Made by a program: the position numbers and the translations under genes. A DNA stretch of 51,439 nucleotides from a virus: positions 1 through 51,439 of IMG/VR virus record IMGVR_UViG_3300045988_173665. One strand, written 5' to 3'. Shown piece after piece: positions 1 through 9,504 of this stretch (the stretch's first letter is position 1; every line of letters begins with the position of its first letter). The notes beneath the pieces are model-generated. The model made no database searches, was not told where the DNA came from, and was given only the letters and a program-made list of their open reading frames with translations.

Positions 1-119
1 ACCTTACGAACCAATTCTTAAAAATTGGATTAAAGAAGCAAATGGCAAGGGTTGCAAGATAGTTTACAAAGTTAAAGAGAATAAACTTAAATTGCTTGAA
101 AAATATGGTTTTGAACATA
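1..119. repeat. Exact copy of 51321..51439. It is either a terminal overlap from a circular or terminally redundant assembly, or a true direct terminal repeat
   Basis: The first 119 nt are identical to the last 119 nt of the window. Confidence 0.9.
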
Positions 120-403
120 GTTTTAAATCATATTATACAAAGTACACAACGATGGATACTGGGTCATATCAATATGTTGTTAACGAAAGCGACTTAATTC
201 TTAAGTTGATCGTTACAAACGAAGATAAGGTAATGTTAGATTTAGAAAAATTTGAATTACCATATGAAAGAGATACATACGTAGCCAATATGAAAGATGT
301 TGAAGATACCTGTATCTTTGATGAGAAAATTACAAACTTTGATATTATATATAATCTTGTAAGAGATAATATAATTTATCGAGTTTTAATTGAAAATAAT
401 TAA
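1..403 (+). CDS. C-terminal part of a gene that starts at 51169 and crosses the circular junction (185 aa in total); helix-turn-helix (HTH)-containing protein of unknown function
   Basis: The ORF at 51169 is in the same frame as ORF 92..403 once the 119-nt overlap is accounted for. The N-terminal part carries an HTH-like segment (QLAKKLGMSRQLLYYV). Confidence 0.5.
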   Translation, partial: PYEPILKNWIKEANGKGCKIVYKVKENKLKLLEKYGFEHSFKSYYTKYTTMDTGSYQYVVNESDLILKLIVTNEDKVMLDLEKFELPYERDTYVANMKDVEDTCIFDEKITNFDIIYNLVRDNIIYRVLIENN

Positions 404-405
404 TA

Positions 406-660
406 ATGCGTTTAAAACAATTTGTTAAGAAATATATTGACCCAAATTTAATCGTAAATGTATTTGTCAAAGTTAATAATAAATACTACAAAAAAGTTTA
501 TTCATGCTTAAGAGCAAAAAATTTATTAATCGATTTGGAACACGATAATTACAAAAATTATTCAGTTTTAAAAATCGAAGAAATAAAACAAAACAGAAAT
601 TCTGCAAACACAATCAATATAGTTGTGCGAGATAAACACAATATTTTTGAATGGAAATAA
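406..660 (+). CDS. hypothetical protein
   Basis: ORF tightly packed on the + strand in the early region. Confidence 0.4.
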   Translation: MRLKQFVKKYIDPNLIVNVFVKVNNKYYKKVYSCLRAKNLLIDLEHDNYKNYSVLKIEEIKQNRNSANTINIVVRDKHNIFEWK

Positions 661-678
661 AAAAGGGGGAATAAAAGT

Positions 679-924
679 ATGTTAAAAATATTAATACCAA
701 TTATAATTATTGTTGTATTAGTAATTGTAAGAGTTGCGTATTCGTTTGGCGAAACTAAAGGAAGAGAAAAAATCTTTGCTAAAATATTTAGTGAGGTTTT
801 ATACAAGGTTTATAAAGACTCAATAAAAGAAACATTAATTAATGGTAGTCTTGAGGACTTACTCAATAATTTAAAATCTGAAATAAAAAAAGAAAGAGAG
901 AACGAAAATGATGATGATAAATAA
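679..924 (+). CDS. small membrane protein with one N-terminal transmembrane helix
   Basis: N-terminal hydrophobic stretch ILIPIIIIVVLVIVRV; an RBS GGGGGA lies upstream. Confidence 0.4.
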   Translation: MLKILIPIIIIVVLVIVRVAYSFGETKGREKIFAKIFSEVLYKVYKDSIKETLINGSLEDLLNNLKSEIKKERENENDDDK

Positions 925-1864
925 ACCAATGTTTATGAATTACTTTGAAGATGGTAATTTGTTACAACACGATAAAGATAAAGAAACTTTTGTTTTAAGC
1001 AAAACCGATGTATTAGGAAATTTTTGTTTAAATCAAGAAGGAATGGAAAAACTTTGCAAATTTATTGAAATGGCAAATGACAAATCAAAAGTTAAAGCAA
1101 AGTTAAATGGCACAATTTTAGAGGTTAAAATAGATGAGCCTAAATTAAAAGCTAATATTAATACTTTAAGTATTGATAATAAACCTCAATTAGATTTAAG
1201 CGAAGTAATTAGTAGTTTTACAATTAATGTTGATAAATTAAAAATAGCAAGTGCTTTTTCTGACAAAAAAGGTGTAAGAGCGGTTTTAAATGGTGTTTGT
1301 ATTAGAAATGGTTGGATTATGGCGACTGATAGTTTTAGTGCTTATAAAACACCTTGCGAAGATACTTCAGTTAATTTAGTTATTAATAACTCATTTATAA
1401 ATATTTTAAAAGAATTAAAAGGCAATATTAAACTTGAAACTGATGGAATGAAAATTTGGCACAAAAATGAAAATGGTTTAACTTACATTGGAAGATTGCT
1501 AAATGGAACGTACCCTAATATTGAAAATATTTACAATTCTATTAAGAATTTTGATACAACAACCCTAAACCTTGAACCGATATACAATATTTTTGCATTA
1601 TCAGGCTCAAATTCGTTAATTGGATTAACTTTAGATAAATTTTGTATAAATACTAGCACCACGTTTGTAAACTCTGAATTTGAGGGTATTTTTGACTTCA
1701 AATTTGAAAATGAATTTTGGTATAGTTCGACAATGTTGAAACTTGTTTTAAGTTTTATCGGTGATAAGAAAAATGTTAAACTTAACTTTTTACACGATAA
1801 TCCAACTAAACCTGCAATTGTAAATGATGAATTTTTAATTTTGCCTGTAAGAAAAATGGAATAA
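908..1864 (+). CDS. DNA polymerase III beta sliding-clamp-like protein (short, 318 aa)
   Basis: Clamp-like motifs: RAVLNGVCI...ATDSF, LETDGMKIW, the IGRLLNGTYPNIENIY motif (compare bacterial GRLIDGKFPDY), and a C-terminal LILPVR. Confidence 0.6.
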   Translation: MMMINKPMFMNYFEDGNLLQHDKDKETFVLSKTDVLGNFCLNQEGMEKLCKFIEMANDKSKVKAKLNGTILEVKIDEPKLKANINTLSIDNKPQLDLSEVISSFTINVDKLKIASAFSDKKGVRAVLNGVCIRNGWIMATDSFSAYKTPCEDTSVNLVINNSFINILKELKGNIKLETDGMKIWHKNENGLTYIGRLLNGTYPNIENIYNSIKNFDTTTLNLEPIYNIFALSGSNSLIGLTLDKFCINTSTTFVNSEFEGIFDFKFENEFWYSSTMLKLVLSFIGDKKNVKLNFLHDNPTKPAIVNDEFLILPVRKME

Positions 1865-1879
1865 AAATTAGTATATAAT

Positions 1880-1909
1880 TTGCAATTAATATATAAATTG
1901 TGATATAAT
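1880..1909 (+). promoter_or_regulatory. sigma-A-type promoter: TTGCAA, 18 nt, TGaTATAAT (extended -10)
   Basis: Sequence match to the -35/-10 consensus. It is followed by a ~150-nt leader before the RBS/ATG at 2064. Confidence 0.5.
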
Positions 1910-2063
1910 ATTAGTGTGGAAGTCATGAGCCACGAAAAACATAGTTGGTAGTATGTGCAAGTACTATTAACGACATATTACCGACTGAAAGGCACTTTAT
2001 GATATGGGTTGCACACCATTGATTAGAGTGCTTTTAATTTTAAATGAAAAAAAGGAGAATAGT

Positions 2064-2402
2064 ATGAAAAGTTATGAAATTTGGAAAGAAAATGTACATA
2101 TTAGTGACGTTTACAATGCCATAAAAAAGAATTGGGAATGGAATGTTACGGATGGATGTAGTTTTCCAGAAGCTGTTGAAATTGGAGAAATTAGTGAAAA
2201 AGCTTTGAAAAATCTAAAAGTACTTAATGCAACCGAGATTGCAACCATCAAAGTACGAGAGTATTTTAACAGAGATAACATTGATTATGATGAAGTTTCT
2301 TTAAATGAACTATATTATGTACGATCAAGAAAATTTGAAGTCTATTCAATTTGGGACTGGAAAGAAGAAAAAGTAATTGGCTATCTGGAGGATTTTGAAT
2401 AA
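2064..2402 (+). CDS. hypothetical protein (the track ORF begins at 2004; the RBS favours 2064)
   Basis: AAAGGAG RBS 7 nt upstream of the ATG at 2064. Confidence 0.45.
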   Translation: MKSYEIWKENVHISDVYNAIKKNWEWNVTDGCSFPEAVEIGEISEKALKNLKVLNATEIATIKVREYFNRDNIDYDEVSLNELYYVRSRKFEVYSIWDWKEEKVIGYLEDFE

Positions 2403-2773
2403 TGAATAACAGAAAAGCTGAGACACGTAAAATAGCACGTCGTATAATCACATATAGAGTCACGTATGATGCTAATATGAAATTTTATAAGCCTGAAATA
2501 GTGAATGTCACTTGCCTTACAGAATGCGATATATCTGAAGTGTCTGACTTAAATTTATTACTTAAGAATCAAACAGAAGCTATGGAAAAAAATGCAAAAA
2601 GATTGGTTAAGGAACTTGTTAAAAAGGAAGTCGACTTAAATTTGTATGAATATTTGGACTTGTTAGATGAACATATGAAAGAATACTATGTATGGGATTT
2701 TGAAGTCAGTGAATACTTTGCTTATGTTGGTAGCGTAAATAATAAAAATTGTAAATTATTAGGATATTTATAG
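2402..2773 (+). CDS. hypothetical protein
   Basis: ORF with an ATGA stop/start overlap with the upstream gene. Confidence 0.45.
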   Translation: MNNRKAETRKIARRIITYRVTYDANMKFYKPEIVNVTCLTECDISEVSDLNLLLKNQTEAMEKNAKRLVKELVKKEVDLNLYEYLDLLDEHMKEYYVWDFEVSEYFAYVGSVNNKNCKLLGYL

Positions 2774-2789
2774 AAGAGGAGATAAAAAT

Positions 2790-3407
2790 ATGAAATTTAC
2801 AGAAATTTTAGAAGAATTAAAAAAAGGCGAGAAAGTAACACGAGAAAAATGGGAAAAATCTGGCGACTCTTGTACTATCAATTTTATATCATATGATCCA
2901 AAAATAGGTAAATGTGTATTTTGGCTAAATGACGAGTATTTTGATGAGTTTATATGGCGTTATGAAGATATAATTGCAGAAGATTGGAAGATTTATGAAG
3001 AAAAACCAACACGAATATGGAAGCCTGAATTTGGTGAGAAATATTATTACATCACTACGAGGGGTGATGTAGCATATAATACTTTTAATAATTCTCTTGA
3101 TGAGTATAGATTAAGTTTTAGAAATGTTTTTAAAACTGCAGAAGAGGCAAGAAAAATGGTTGAAAAACTAAAAATTATTAATAAATTAAGAGAATTATCA
3201 AATGGTGATTTTTATCGAAATTGTACTGAAGTGAAATACGTAATATGGTATGATAGCGCATGTAAAGAAATTAAAATTAATACACATGAATATATTAGAG
3301 AATTACCATTTAGTATATATTTCGCAACTAAAAAAGATGCTGAAAAGGCTGTTTTAACAATTGGTGAAGATAACTTAAAGAAGTACTATTTTGATGTAGA
3401 GGATTAA
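2790..3407 (+). CDS. DUF2829 (Tad2-like) N-terminal domain protein with an unknown 130-aa C-terminal extension
   Basis: N-terminus MKFTEILEELKKGEKVTREKW ... IIAEDWKIYEE matches the DUF2829 hallmark (M.F.EAL.ALK.GKKV.R..W ... AEDWEIV); RBS AGAGGAG. Confidence 0.5.
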   Translation: MKFTEILEELKKGEKVTREKWEKSGDSCTINFISYDPKIGKCVFWLNDEYFDEFIWRYEDIIAEDWKIYEEKPTRIWKPEFGEKYYYITTRGDVAYNTFNNSLDEYRLSFRNVFKTAEEARKMVEKLKIINKLRELSNGDFYRNCTEVKYVIWYDSACKEIKINTHEYIRELPFSIYFATKKDAEKAVLTIGEDNLKKYYFDVED

Positions 3408-3411
3408 AATT

Positions 3412-3789
3412 ATGACAGATTTTAGAAAATTAAATGAAAACGTAAGAAAATATATTTGTAAGATTTATGTGAAAGATAATGAAAGCCGTTATGTGAGTTG
3501 GAATTATATAAGCCCAGCCAAAGATGAAGATGAAAAAATAACAAATTTAGAACAAATTGCTAGCAAGATGTTTCTTCGTGGTGGAATAGAGTATTTTGAA
3601 AAATGGATTGAAAGATTTCCAGCAATATTAGATGTGGCGGATTATTATGTAGGTGATGCTGTTGGAATATTACATAGCTTATATAATTTAACCGAAAGAG
3701 AAAGAAATGAAAGCACATTAACACATAGTGAGGCTTGCCACATAATCACAAAGTTAATTTTTGATTTTATTACTGGTCCTAATTATTAA
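3412..3789 (+). CDS. hypothetical protein
   Basis: ORF. Confidence 0.4.
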   Translation: MTDFRKLNENVRKYICKIYVKDNESRYVSWNYISPAKDEDEKITNLEQIASKMFLRGGIEYFEKWIERFPAILDVADYYVGDAVGILHSLYNLTERERNESTLTHSEACHIITKLIFDFITGPNY

Positions 3790-3794
3790 AAAGT

Positions 3795-4088
3795 TTGAAA
3801 GTAGGTAGAAAGCAAATGAGATTTGAAGATTTTGATTTTGATAAATGCCGTGTATTGTACACACACCAAATTTTAGCTAATTACATTTATTTTTTAATAA
3901 AAAACGAAGAAGTTGTTTATGTTGGGCAAACTTCAAAAGGAGTATGCAAAATATACCAACATTTAGTTAATAAAGATTTTGACAAAGTATATACATTATG
4001 GGTTAGTGATAAAAACGAATTGAACAAATTGAAAAAATTTTATATTTTAAAGTATAAACCAATTTATAATAAAAAATACAATTATTAA
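3795..4088 (+). CDS. small GIY-YIG domain protein
   Basis: IYFLIKNEEVVYVGQTS...YQH fits the GIY...YIG...R/H pattern of the GIY-YIG nuclease fold. Confidence 0.45.
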   Translation: MKVGRKQMRFEDFDFDKCRVLYTHQILANYIYFLIKNEEVVYVGQTSKGVCKIYQHLVNKDFDKVYTLWVSDKNELNKLKKFYILKYKPIYNKKYNY

Positions 4089-4106
4089 TAGAAAGGGATT
4101 GTAAAA

Positions 4107-4997
4107 ATGGGAGTAAAAAGAGTTGTTGACACAGATTTTTGGAAAGATGATTGTGTAGCTGAAAAGTATTCAGCTGAAGATAGATATTTTTTCTTGTATT
4201 TACTAACAAACCCTAATTCAAAGCAATGTGGTATTTATCATTTACCATTAAGGGTTATTGCTTTTGAAATGGGTCATTCAAGAGATAGTGTAGAAAGCAT
4301 TATTGATCGATTTCAACATAGATTTAAAAACATCATTTACAACAAAGAAACTCAAGAAATAGCAATTTTGAATTTTTTGAAATATTCAATTGTTAAGGGT
4401 GGAAAACCAGTTGAAGATTGCATAAGGAAAGAACTTGAAAAGGTAAAAGATAAAACTTTAATTCGTGCGGTTTACGAAAATATGAAAAGTTATATGGATG
4501 AAAATATAGCAAAGAATGATAAATCAATATATATTAATATTAAAAAAATATTTAAAACATTTATAAATAATATTAATATTAATGATAATGACAATGAACG
4601 AATCGTGCCACGAATCGTGAACGAATCGTCAAAGAAAGCACCTTATGTTGAAATTGTTGATTATCTTAACGAGAAAATAGGTGCGAGATATTCAGCTAAA
4701 AGTAGTAAAACTCAAACGCTTATTAATGCAAGAATGAACGAGGGTTTTACTCTTGAAGACTTTAAAACAGTTATTGATAAAAAATGCAATGATTGGTTGA
4801 AAGATACAAAAATGTCGAAATATTTGCGACCTGAAACATTGTTTGGCACAAAATTTGAGGGTTATTTAAACGAAATACAAAAGAAAAAAACATTGCCAAG
4901 TTGGTATCAAGAACCTACTAAACAACAGCCAAAATACGTAGAACCAACTAGCGAAAGTTTAAAAGATTTAGAAGATTTTTTCAAAAATAAGGAGTAA
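4107..4997 (+). CDS. phage replisome organiser / DnaD-like replication initiation protein
   Basis: N-terminus VDTDFWKDD...FFLYLLT (replisome-organiser N-domain-like). C-terminus YLRPETLFGTKFEGYLNE (DnaD/phage conserved C-terminal motif YxxxxRPxTLF..KFE). Internal iterons are present. Confidence 0.6.
   Translation: MGVKRVVDTDFWKDDCVAEKYSAEDRYFFLYLLTNPNSKQCGIYHLPLRVIAFEMGHSRDSVESIIDRFQHRFKNIIYNKETQEIAILNFLKYSIVKGGKPVEDCIRKELEKVKDKTLIRAVYENMKSYMDENIAKNDKSIYINIKKIFKTFINNININDNDNERIVPRIVNESSKKAPYVEIVDYLNEKIGARYSAKSSKTQTLINARMNEGFTLEDFKTVIDKKCNDWLKDTKMSKYLRPETLFGTKFEGYLNEIQKKKTLPSWYQEPTKQQPKYVEPTSESLKDLEDFFKNKE
4598..4630. repeat. three direct iterons ACGAATCGTG / ACGAATCGTG / ACGAATCGTC, each near-palindromic, next to an AT-rich stretch. 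A putative replication origin inside the initiator gene
   Basis: Seen directly at 4598-4607, 4610-4619 and 4621-4630. The AT-rich block 4540-4595 lies immediately upstream. Confidence 0.55.
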
Positions 4998-5005
4998 ATA
5001 CTAAA

Positions 5006-6382
5006 ATGAAATTATATAGTGAAAATGATAGTTATAAAATATATAACGGCGATATGCTTGATATGTTGCAAGTGATTGAGCCTGAAAGCATTGATGCAAT
5101 TGTTTGCGACCCACCATATGAATTGGGCTTTATGAATAAAAGTTGGGATAGCACTGGTATTGCATTTAAGAAAGAAACGTGGCAAAATTGTTTTGAGGTT
5201 TTAAAACCAGGTGGCTATTTGTTGGCTTTTGGTGGTTCGAGAACTTATCACAGAATTGCTTGTGCTATTGAAGATGCAGGCTTTGAAATAAGAGATTGTG
5301 TTATGTATTTTTATGGCACTGGCTTCCCAAAGTCATGTAATATTGGATTAGCAATAGACAAGAAAAATGGTGTTGAAAGTGAAGTAGTAGGTGTTGGCAA
5401 AAGTGGTTGTAATAGTAGAGCATATCAAAGTGAAAAACCTACAACAGCAGGCAATTATGACATAAAAAAATCTCAAAATGAATGGCAAGGTTGGGGGACA
5501 TGTTTGAAACCTGCATATGAACCTATAATTGTCGCAAGAAAGCCATTTAAAGGTAGTGTGGTTGATAATATAATCAAGTACAGAGTAGGTGGTTTGAATA
5601 TCGATGAATGTAGGATACCAACAAATGATGATTTAGCTAGAATTAATAGAACTGATAATGGTATGTTTGGCATAGGCAAAAATAATAACAATGCTCAAAA
5701 ATGTAAAGAATTAGGTATTGAATATGGTGGTCGTTTCCCAGCAAATGTAATAACAGATGGTAGCGAAGAAGTACGAAGTGGTTTGCCAGAAACAAAAAGT
5801 AGTGGTGGTAATTATACTATGCAAGATTTTTCAAACTTTAAAAGTTCTATGATGCATTTTACAGATAAAAAATGTGAAAAGCCAAGAATAAATTGTGATA
5901 AGCAATTCCCAATTGACAGTGGAAGTGCAATGAGATATTTTTATTCTGCAAAGGCTAGCAAGAAAGATAGAGATGAGGGGCTAGATGCTTTTGAAGAGCG
6001 AAAAACTACTGATGGTTGCATAAGAGCTAATGTAGAAACAGCAAGGAAATATGGTGCAAATTCTGCTTTAAGAAAAAACAACCATCCAACTTGCAAGCCA
6101 ACTGAATTAATGCAATATTTAGTTAGATTAGTTAGCCCAAAGGGTGCAACGATTTTAGACCCTTTTATGGGTAGTGGTAGTACTGGAAAAGCTGTAATGT
6201 TTGAAAATCGTGAGCGTGATGCAAATTATAAATTTATCGGTATTGAATTGACAGATGAATATTTGCCGATTGCACAAGCACGAATAGAATATGCACGTGA
6301 TAAGTTTAAGTACGATCTAGAGCAAGAAAAAGTTACAAAGGGCAAACAAAATATATTTGATTTTATGGAAAGTGAGGAATAG
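5006..6382 (+). CDS. beta-class amino-DNA methyltransferase (N6-adenine or N4-cytosine); orphan, with no cognate endonuclease nearby
   Basis: Motif IV IVCDPPYE lies N-terminal to motif I ILDPFMGSGSTGKA; the protein is 458 aa. Confidence 0.75.
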   Translation: MKLYSENDSYKIYNGDMLDMLQVIEPESIDAIVCDPPYELGFMNKSWDSTGIAFKKETWQNCFEVLKPGGYLLAFGGSRTYHRIACAIEDAGFEIRDCVMYFYGTGFPKSCNIGLAIDKKNGVESEVVGVGKSGCNSRAYQSEKPTTAGNYDIKKSQNEWQGWGTCLKPAYEPIIVARKPFKGSVVDNIIKYRVGGLNIDECRIPTNDDLARINRTDNGMFGIGKNNNNAQKCKELGIEYGGRFPANVITDGSEEVRSGLPETKSSGGNYTMQDFSNFKSSMMHFTDKKCEKPRINCDKQFPIDSGSAMRYFYSAKASKKDRDEGLDAFEERKTTDGCIRANVETARKYGANSALRKNNHPTCKPTELMQYLVRLVSPKGATILDPFMGSGSTGKAVMFENRERDANYKFIGIELTDEYLPIAQARIEYARDKFKYDLEQEKVTKGKQNIFDFMESEE

Positions 6383-6384
6383 TT

Positions 6385-6669
6385 ATGAAGAAAATTAAAG
6401 AAAATATAAATTTAAAAAAATTAGAAAAATACGGCTATGAAAAAGAAAATGCAATGTATGTTAAATATACAAATGACACATATTATGGTAGCCCAATAGC
6501 TATTACTATTAATGCTTATACAAGAATTATAGAAAAACGTTATTGTTGGACTTATATGTTTGGTCCAATACTTCATTCAAGTATTATGAGAAATAACAAG
6601 CCAGTTAAGGTTAATAAAAAATATATTCAAGATCTGATACAAGCTGGTTATATCGAGGAGGCAAAATGA
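6385..6669 (+). CDS. hypothetical protein
   Basis: ORF. Confidence 0.4.
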   Translation: MKKIKENINLKKLEKYGYEKENAMYVKYTNDTYYGSPIAITINAYTRIIEKRYCWTYMFGPILHSSIMRNNKPVKVNKKYIQDLIQAGYIEEAK

Positions 6670-6911
6670 AAAGAGAAGAATTAGAAAAATTTTTAGGTGC
6701 TAAAGTTACTATTACACTTGATAATGATGTATATGTATACAATGGCTTTTTGGCAGTAGCTAGCGATTGTGGATATTATTATTCTGGTGATATTATATAT
6801 TTTTTAATAGGCGAATTATCAAAACTGCCTATTTGCGTTTTTAAGAACTACCACGTAAAAAAATGCACTTTAGTACCAGAATTGGAAACTGACAGTAAAA
6901 GTGAAAAATAA
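6666..6911 (+). CDS. hypothetical protein
   Basis: ORF overlapping the upstream stop (ATGA). Confidence 0.4.
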   Translation: MKREELEKFLGAKVTITLDNDVYVYNGFLAVASDCGYYYSGDIIYFLIGELSKLPICVFKNYHVKKCTLVPELETDSKSEK

Positions 6912-6925
6912 TTAATGGAGGGAAT

Positions 6926-7339
6926 ATGAATAATTGGAAAGAATATAGAATTTATAAAGAAAACGTAAGGGGTATTCAAGATACATTACAACGAGCTAGA
7001 GAGCAAGTATCTAGAATTAATCGTGAACAAGAACATCGTGAATTTAATAGAATTGTAGGCATAGGCACAGCAGAACTGCCATATTCTTATGATTCTGATA
7101 TTTTTGAATATGAATATCGAAGATTAAAATCAAAAGAAACACCAATGTTAGTTGATTGCAGTAATTTCACTTATAAAGAATTTGCAAATGGGGAATTATA
7201 TTTTTGTCCTAAATGCTGTAATATGATTAAAAAAAGCTATTTTTATTGTCCTAATTGCGGGCAACGTTTACTATGGGTAAATATATACGATACGAAGGCA
7301 ACAACTGAAGATAACGAAAATGTAAAGAAAGGAGAATGA
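6926..7339 (+). CDS. zinc-ribbon protein
   Basis: CPKCC...CPNCG pairs; RBS GGAGGGAA. Confidence 0.45.
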   Translation: MNNWKEYRIYKENVRGIQDTLQRAREQVSRINREQEHREFNRIVGIGTAELPYSYDSDIFEYEYRRLKSKETPMLVDCSNFTYKEFANGELYFCPKCCNMIKKSYFYCPNCGQRLLWVNIYDTKATTEDNENVKKGE

Positions 7340-7345
7340 TTTAGG

Positions 7346-8047
7346 ATGAAACAAGCAATATTAATGAATTTTAAGCCTAAAGAGGTTCAAAAAATTTTAA
7401 ATGGTGAAAAAACCCTTGCTATTTCAAAAACAATGCCAAAATGTAAATTACCAATAGATGTTTATATTTATTGTTCAAGAGGGAAAGGAACAAAAAAATC
7501 GCCATCTTTATGTGCTACTCCTCATATAAATTGTAAAACTTTTGCTCCAATAACATATACATATAGTTTAAATGGATGGTACGAACCAAATTCATCACCA
7601 GTTCTTCAAATTTTAGATGGAAGAATTGTTGCTAAATTTACTTTAAAAGAAGTAGTTGGGTTTAAAGTCGATGATAAAGAAATTGATACAATAGTATTTG
7701 ATAATATTACTAGATTGTATTTTGAAGAAAAATCACTAGAATATATGACACAAGTTAGTTATGAAGAAATGGCAAAATATTTAAATGGTAAAAAAGGTTA
7801 TTTATCGTATATTGATAATCTTGAAATTTTTGATAAACAATTGAAATTAAATCGTTTTTGGGTAAAATGCGATTCTGAAACTGGTAAAGATTGCAAGCAT
7901 TGTTCTTTTTTTGTTTGTGAAAATAATGAAAGCGTAGGTCATGAAGAATGGTGTAATAGTGAACACGATCATATGAGAAGATTGAAAAAAGCACCATCAA
8001 ATTATCAATATGTATGGGTGGAAGAAAATGCAGATAGAAAAGATTAA
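7346..8047 (+). CDS. hypothetical protein, possibly ASCH/PUA-like at the N-terminus, with a Cys/His-rich C-terminus
   Basis: MKQAILMNFKPKEVQKILNGEKTLAI resembles ASCH-domain starts. The CKHCSFFVCEN...HEEWC cluster is Cys/His-rich. Confidence 0.3.
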   Translation: MKQAILMNFKPKEVQKILNGEKTLAISKTMPKCKLPIDVYIYCSRGKGTKKSPSLCATPHINCKTFAPITYTYSLNGWYEPNSSPVLQILDGRIVAKFTLKEVVGFKVDDKEIDTIVFDNITRLYFEEKSLEYMTQVSYEEMAKYLNGKKGYLSYIDNLEIFDKQLKLNRFWVKCDSETGKDCKHCSFFVCENNESVGHEEWCNSEHDHMRRLKKAPSNYQYVWVEENADRKD

Positions 8048-8699
8048 GCAAGAATTACAAAGCACTTTAGAAGAAATAAAAAAAGTTTATGAAGAAAACG
8101 ATGCGTTAGTAAAACCTAAAACTTTAAATGATGGCAAATACATGCAAATGATTAATACCAAGTTAAGATTTATTTTAGGCAATCCGAAAACTAACAAAAT
8201 TATGTCAACCAAAGAAGCAGATGAGTATTATTTTGACAAGAAAAAAGGTATTCAACATATGCAAGCAAGATATATGCTAATTTTAGAATTGCAACAATAT
8301 ATCACTGAAGAAACAATGTTACCATTTATTTATGATAGATATATGGTATGTAAAATATTACAAATAAGTTATAGTACTTATAATATGTATATTGATGATG
8401 CAAATAATAATATGAATTTAAACGGCAATGATGAAGTAGGCGATTTATTTTTAGATATTGAAAGTATGTTGCTTTCTGATAGAATCTCAAGTGCAGAAAA
8501 CAAAATTAAAGATGGTTCATCGATTGATAGAACAAATCGATACAAAAAGCAAAATGGTGGTTTTGGTGTTACGTTTGAAAAAGATACTTCAAGAGATGGC
8601 AAGAAAGAAATCATAGTAAGCACTGAAGATGCACAAAAGAAGTTAAGTACGTTTGGTTTTTCACAAATTTTAATAGAAAATAACGAAAAAAAAGAGTAA
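8028..8699 (+). CDS. hypothetical protein (track ORF 8010..8699; the ATG at 8028 is the plausible start)
   Basis: ORF. Confidence 0.4.
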   Translation: MQIEKIKQELQSTLEEIKKVYEENDALVKPKTLNDGKYMQMINTKLRFILGNPKTNKIMSTKEADEYYFDKKKGIQHMQARYMLILELQQYITEETMLPFIYDRYMVCKILQISYSTYNMYIDDANNNMNLNGNDEVGDLFLDIESMLLSDRISSAENKIKDGSSIDRTNRYKKQNGGFGVTFEKDTSRDGKKEIIVSTEDAQKKLSTFGFSQILIENNEKKE

Positions 8700-8704
8700 A
8701 AGTA

Positions 8705-8733
8705 TTGACAAATAAATAAAATAGGTGTAAAAT
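8705..8733 (+). promoter_or_regulatory. promoter TTGACA, 17 nt, gTGTAAAAT. Nearly identical to the promoters at 50829 and 10449
   Basis: Sequence agtattgacaaata...aggtgtaaaatggtggtgt is shared with 50826-50865. Confidence 0.6.
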
Positions 8734-8779
8734 GGTGGTGTACTTTTTGAAAGAGAGTGCGTGATTGGAGAGATAGAAT

Positions 8780-9418
8780 ATGATTTATAGTTATCAAAGA
8801 GTGAGTTCAAAAGAACAAAATCTTGCACGACAAGAAGAAGCGTTTGAAAAGTGGTGCAATGAAAATGGTATTAATTCAAAAGATTGTTTAATATTTGCCG
8901 ACAAACAAAGTGGTAAGGATTTTGAAAGAAAGAATTATCAATTAATGTTGGAAGAACTTAAACAAGGCGATGTATTAGTAATTAAATCAATTGATCGTTT
9001 AGGAAGAAATTATGATCTAATCATTGCAGAATGGACTAAAATTACAAAAAGTATTAAAGCCGATATAGTTGTAATTGATATGCCACTACTTGACACTAGA
9101 GATAAAAAAGAAAACTTAACAGGTAAGTTTATAAGTGATATAGTATTACAATTATTAAGTTATGTTGCAGAAACTGAAAGAAATAATATTAAGCAACGAC
9201 AACGTGAGGGCATCGACATAGCATTACAAAATGGTGTTAAGTTTGGTGCAAAAGAAAAAATCACTAATCAAGAAGAAATTGACGATTTTAAAAATGATTA
9301 TATATCAGGTATGAAATATATAGATATTCAAAATAAGTATAATTTAACAAAACCAACAATTATAAATATGGCAAAAAAACTTGGTTTACCAAGTAGAAAT
9401 AATAAAGCTGAAAAATAA
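8780..9418 (+). CDS. small serine recombinase (resolvase/invertase family, 212 aa)
   Basis: N-terminus IYSYQRVSSKEQNLARQ carries the catalytic Ser. Also GDVLVIKSIDRLGRN, and a C-terminal HTH (LTKPTIINMAKKLGL). Confidence 0.8.
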   Translation: MIYSYQRVSSKEQNLARQEEAFEKWCNENGINSKDCLIFADKQSGKDFERKNYQLMLEELKQGDVLVIKSIDRLGRNYDLIIAEWTKITKSIKADIVVIDMPLLDTRDKKENLTGKFISDIVLQLLSYVAETERNNIKQRQREGIDIALQNGVKFGAKEKITNQEEIDDFKNDYISGMKYIDIQNKYNLTKPTIINMAKKLGLPSRNNKAEK

Positions 9419-9504
9419 TTATAGAATGGAGAAAATAATGAGTACAAATATTTCAAAAGAAAAGAGATAAATCGTTGTAAATAAAATTTGAACAAAAATT
9501 ATAG

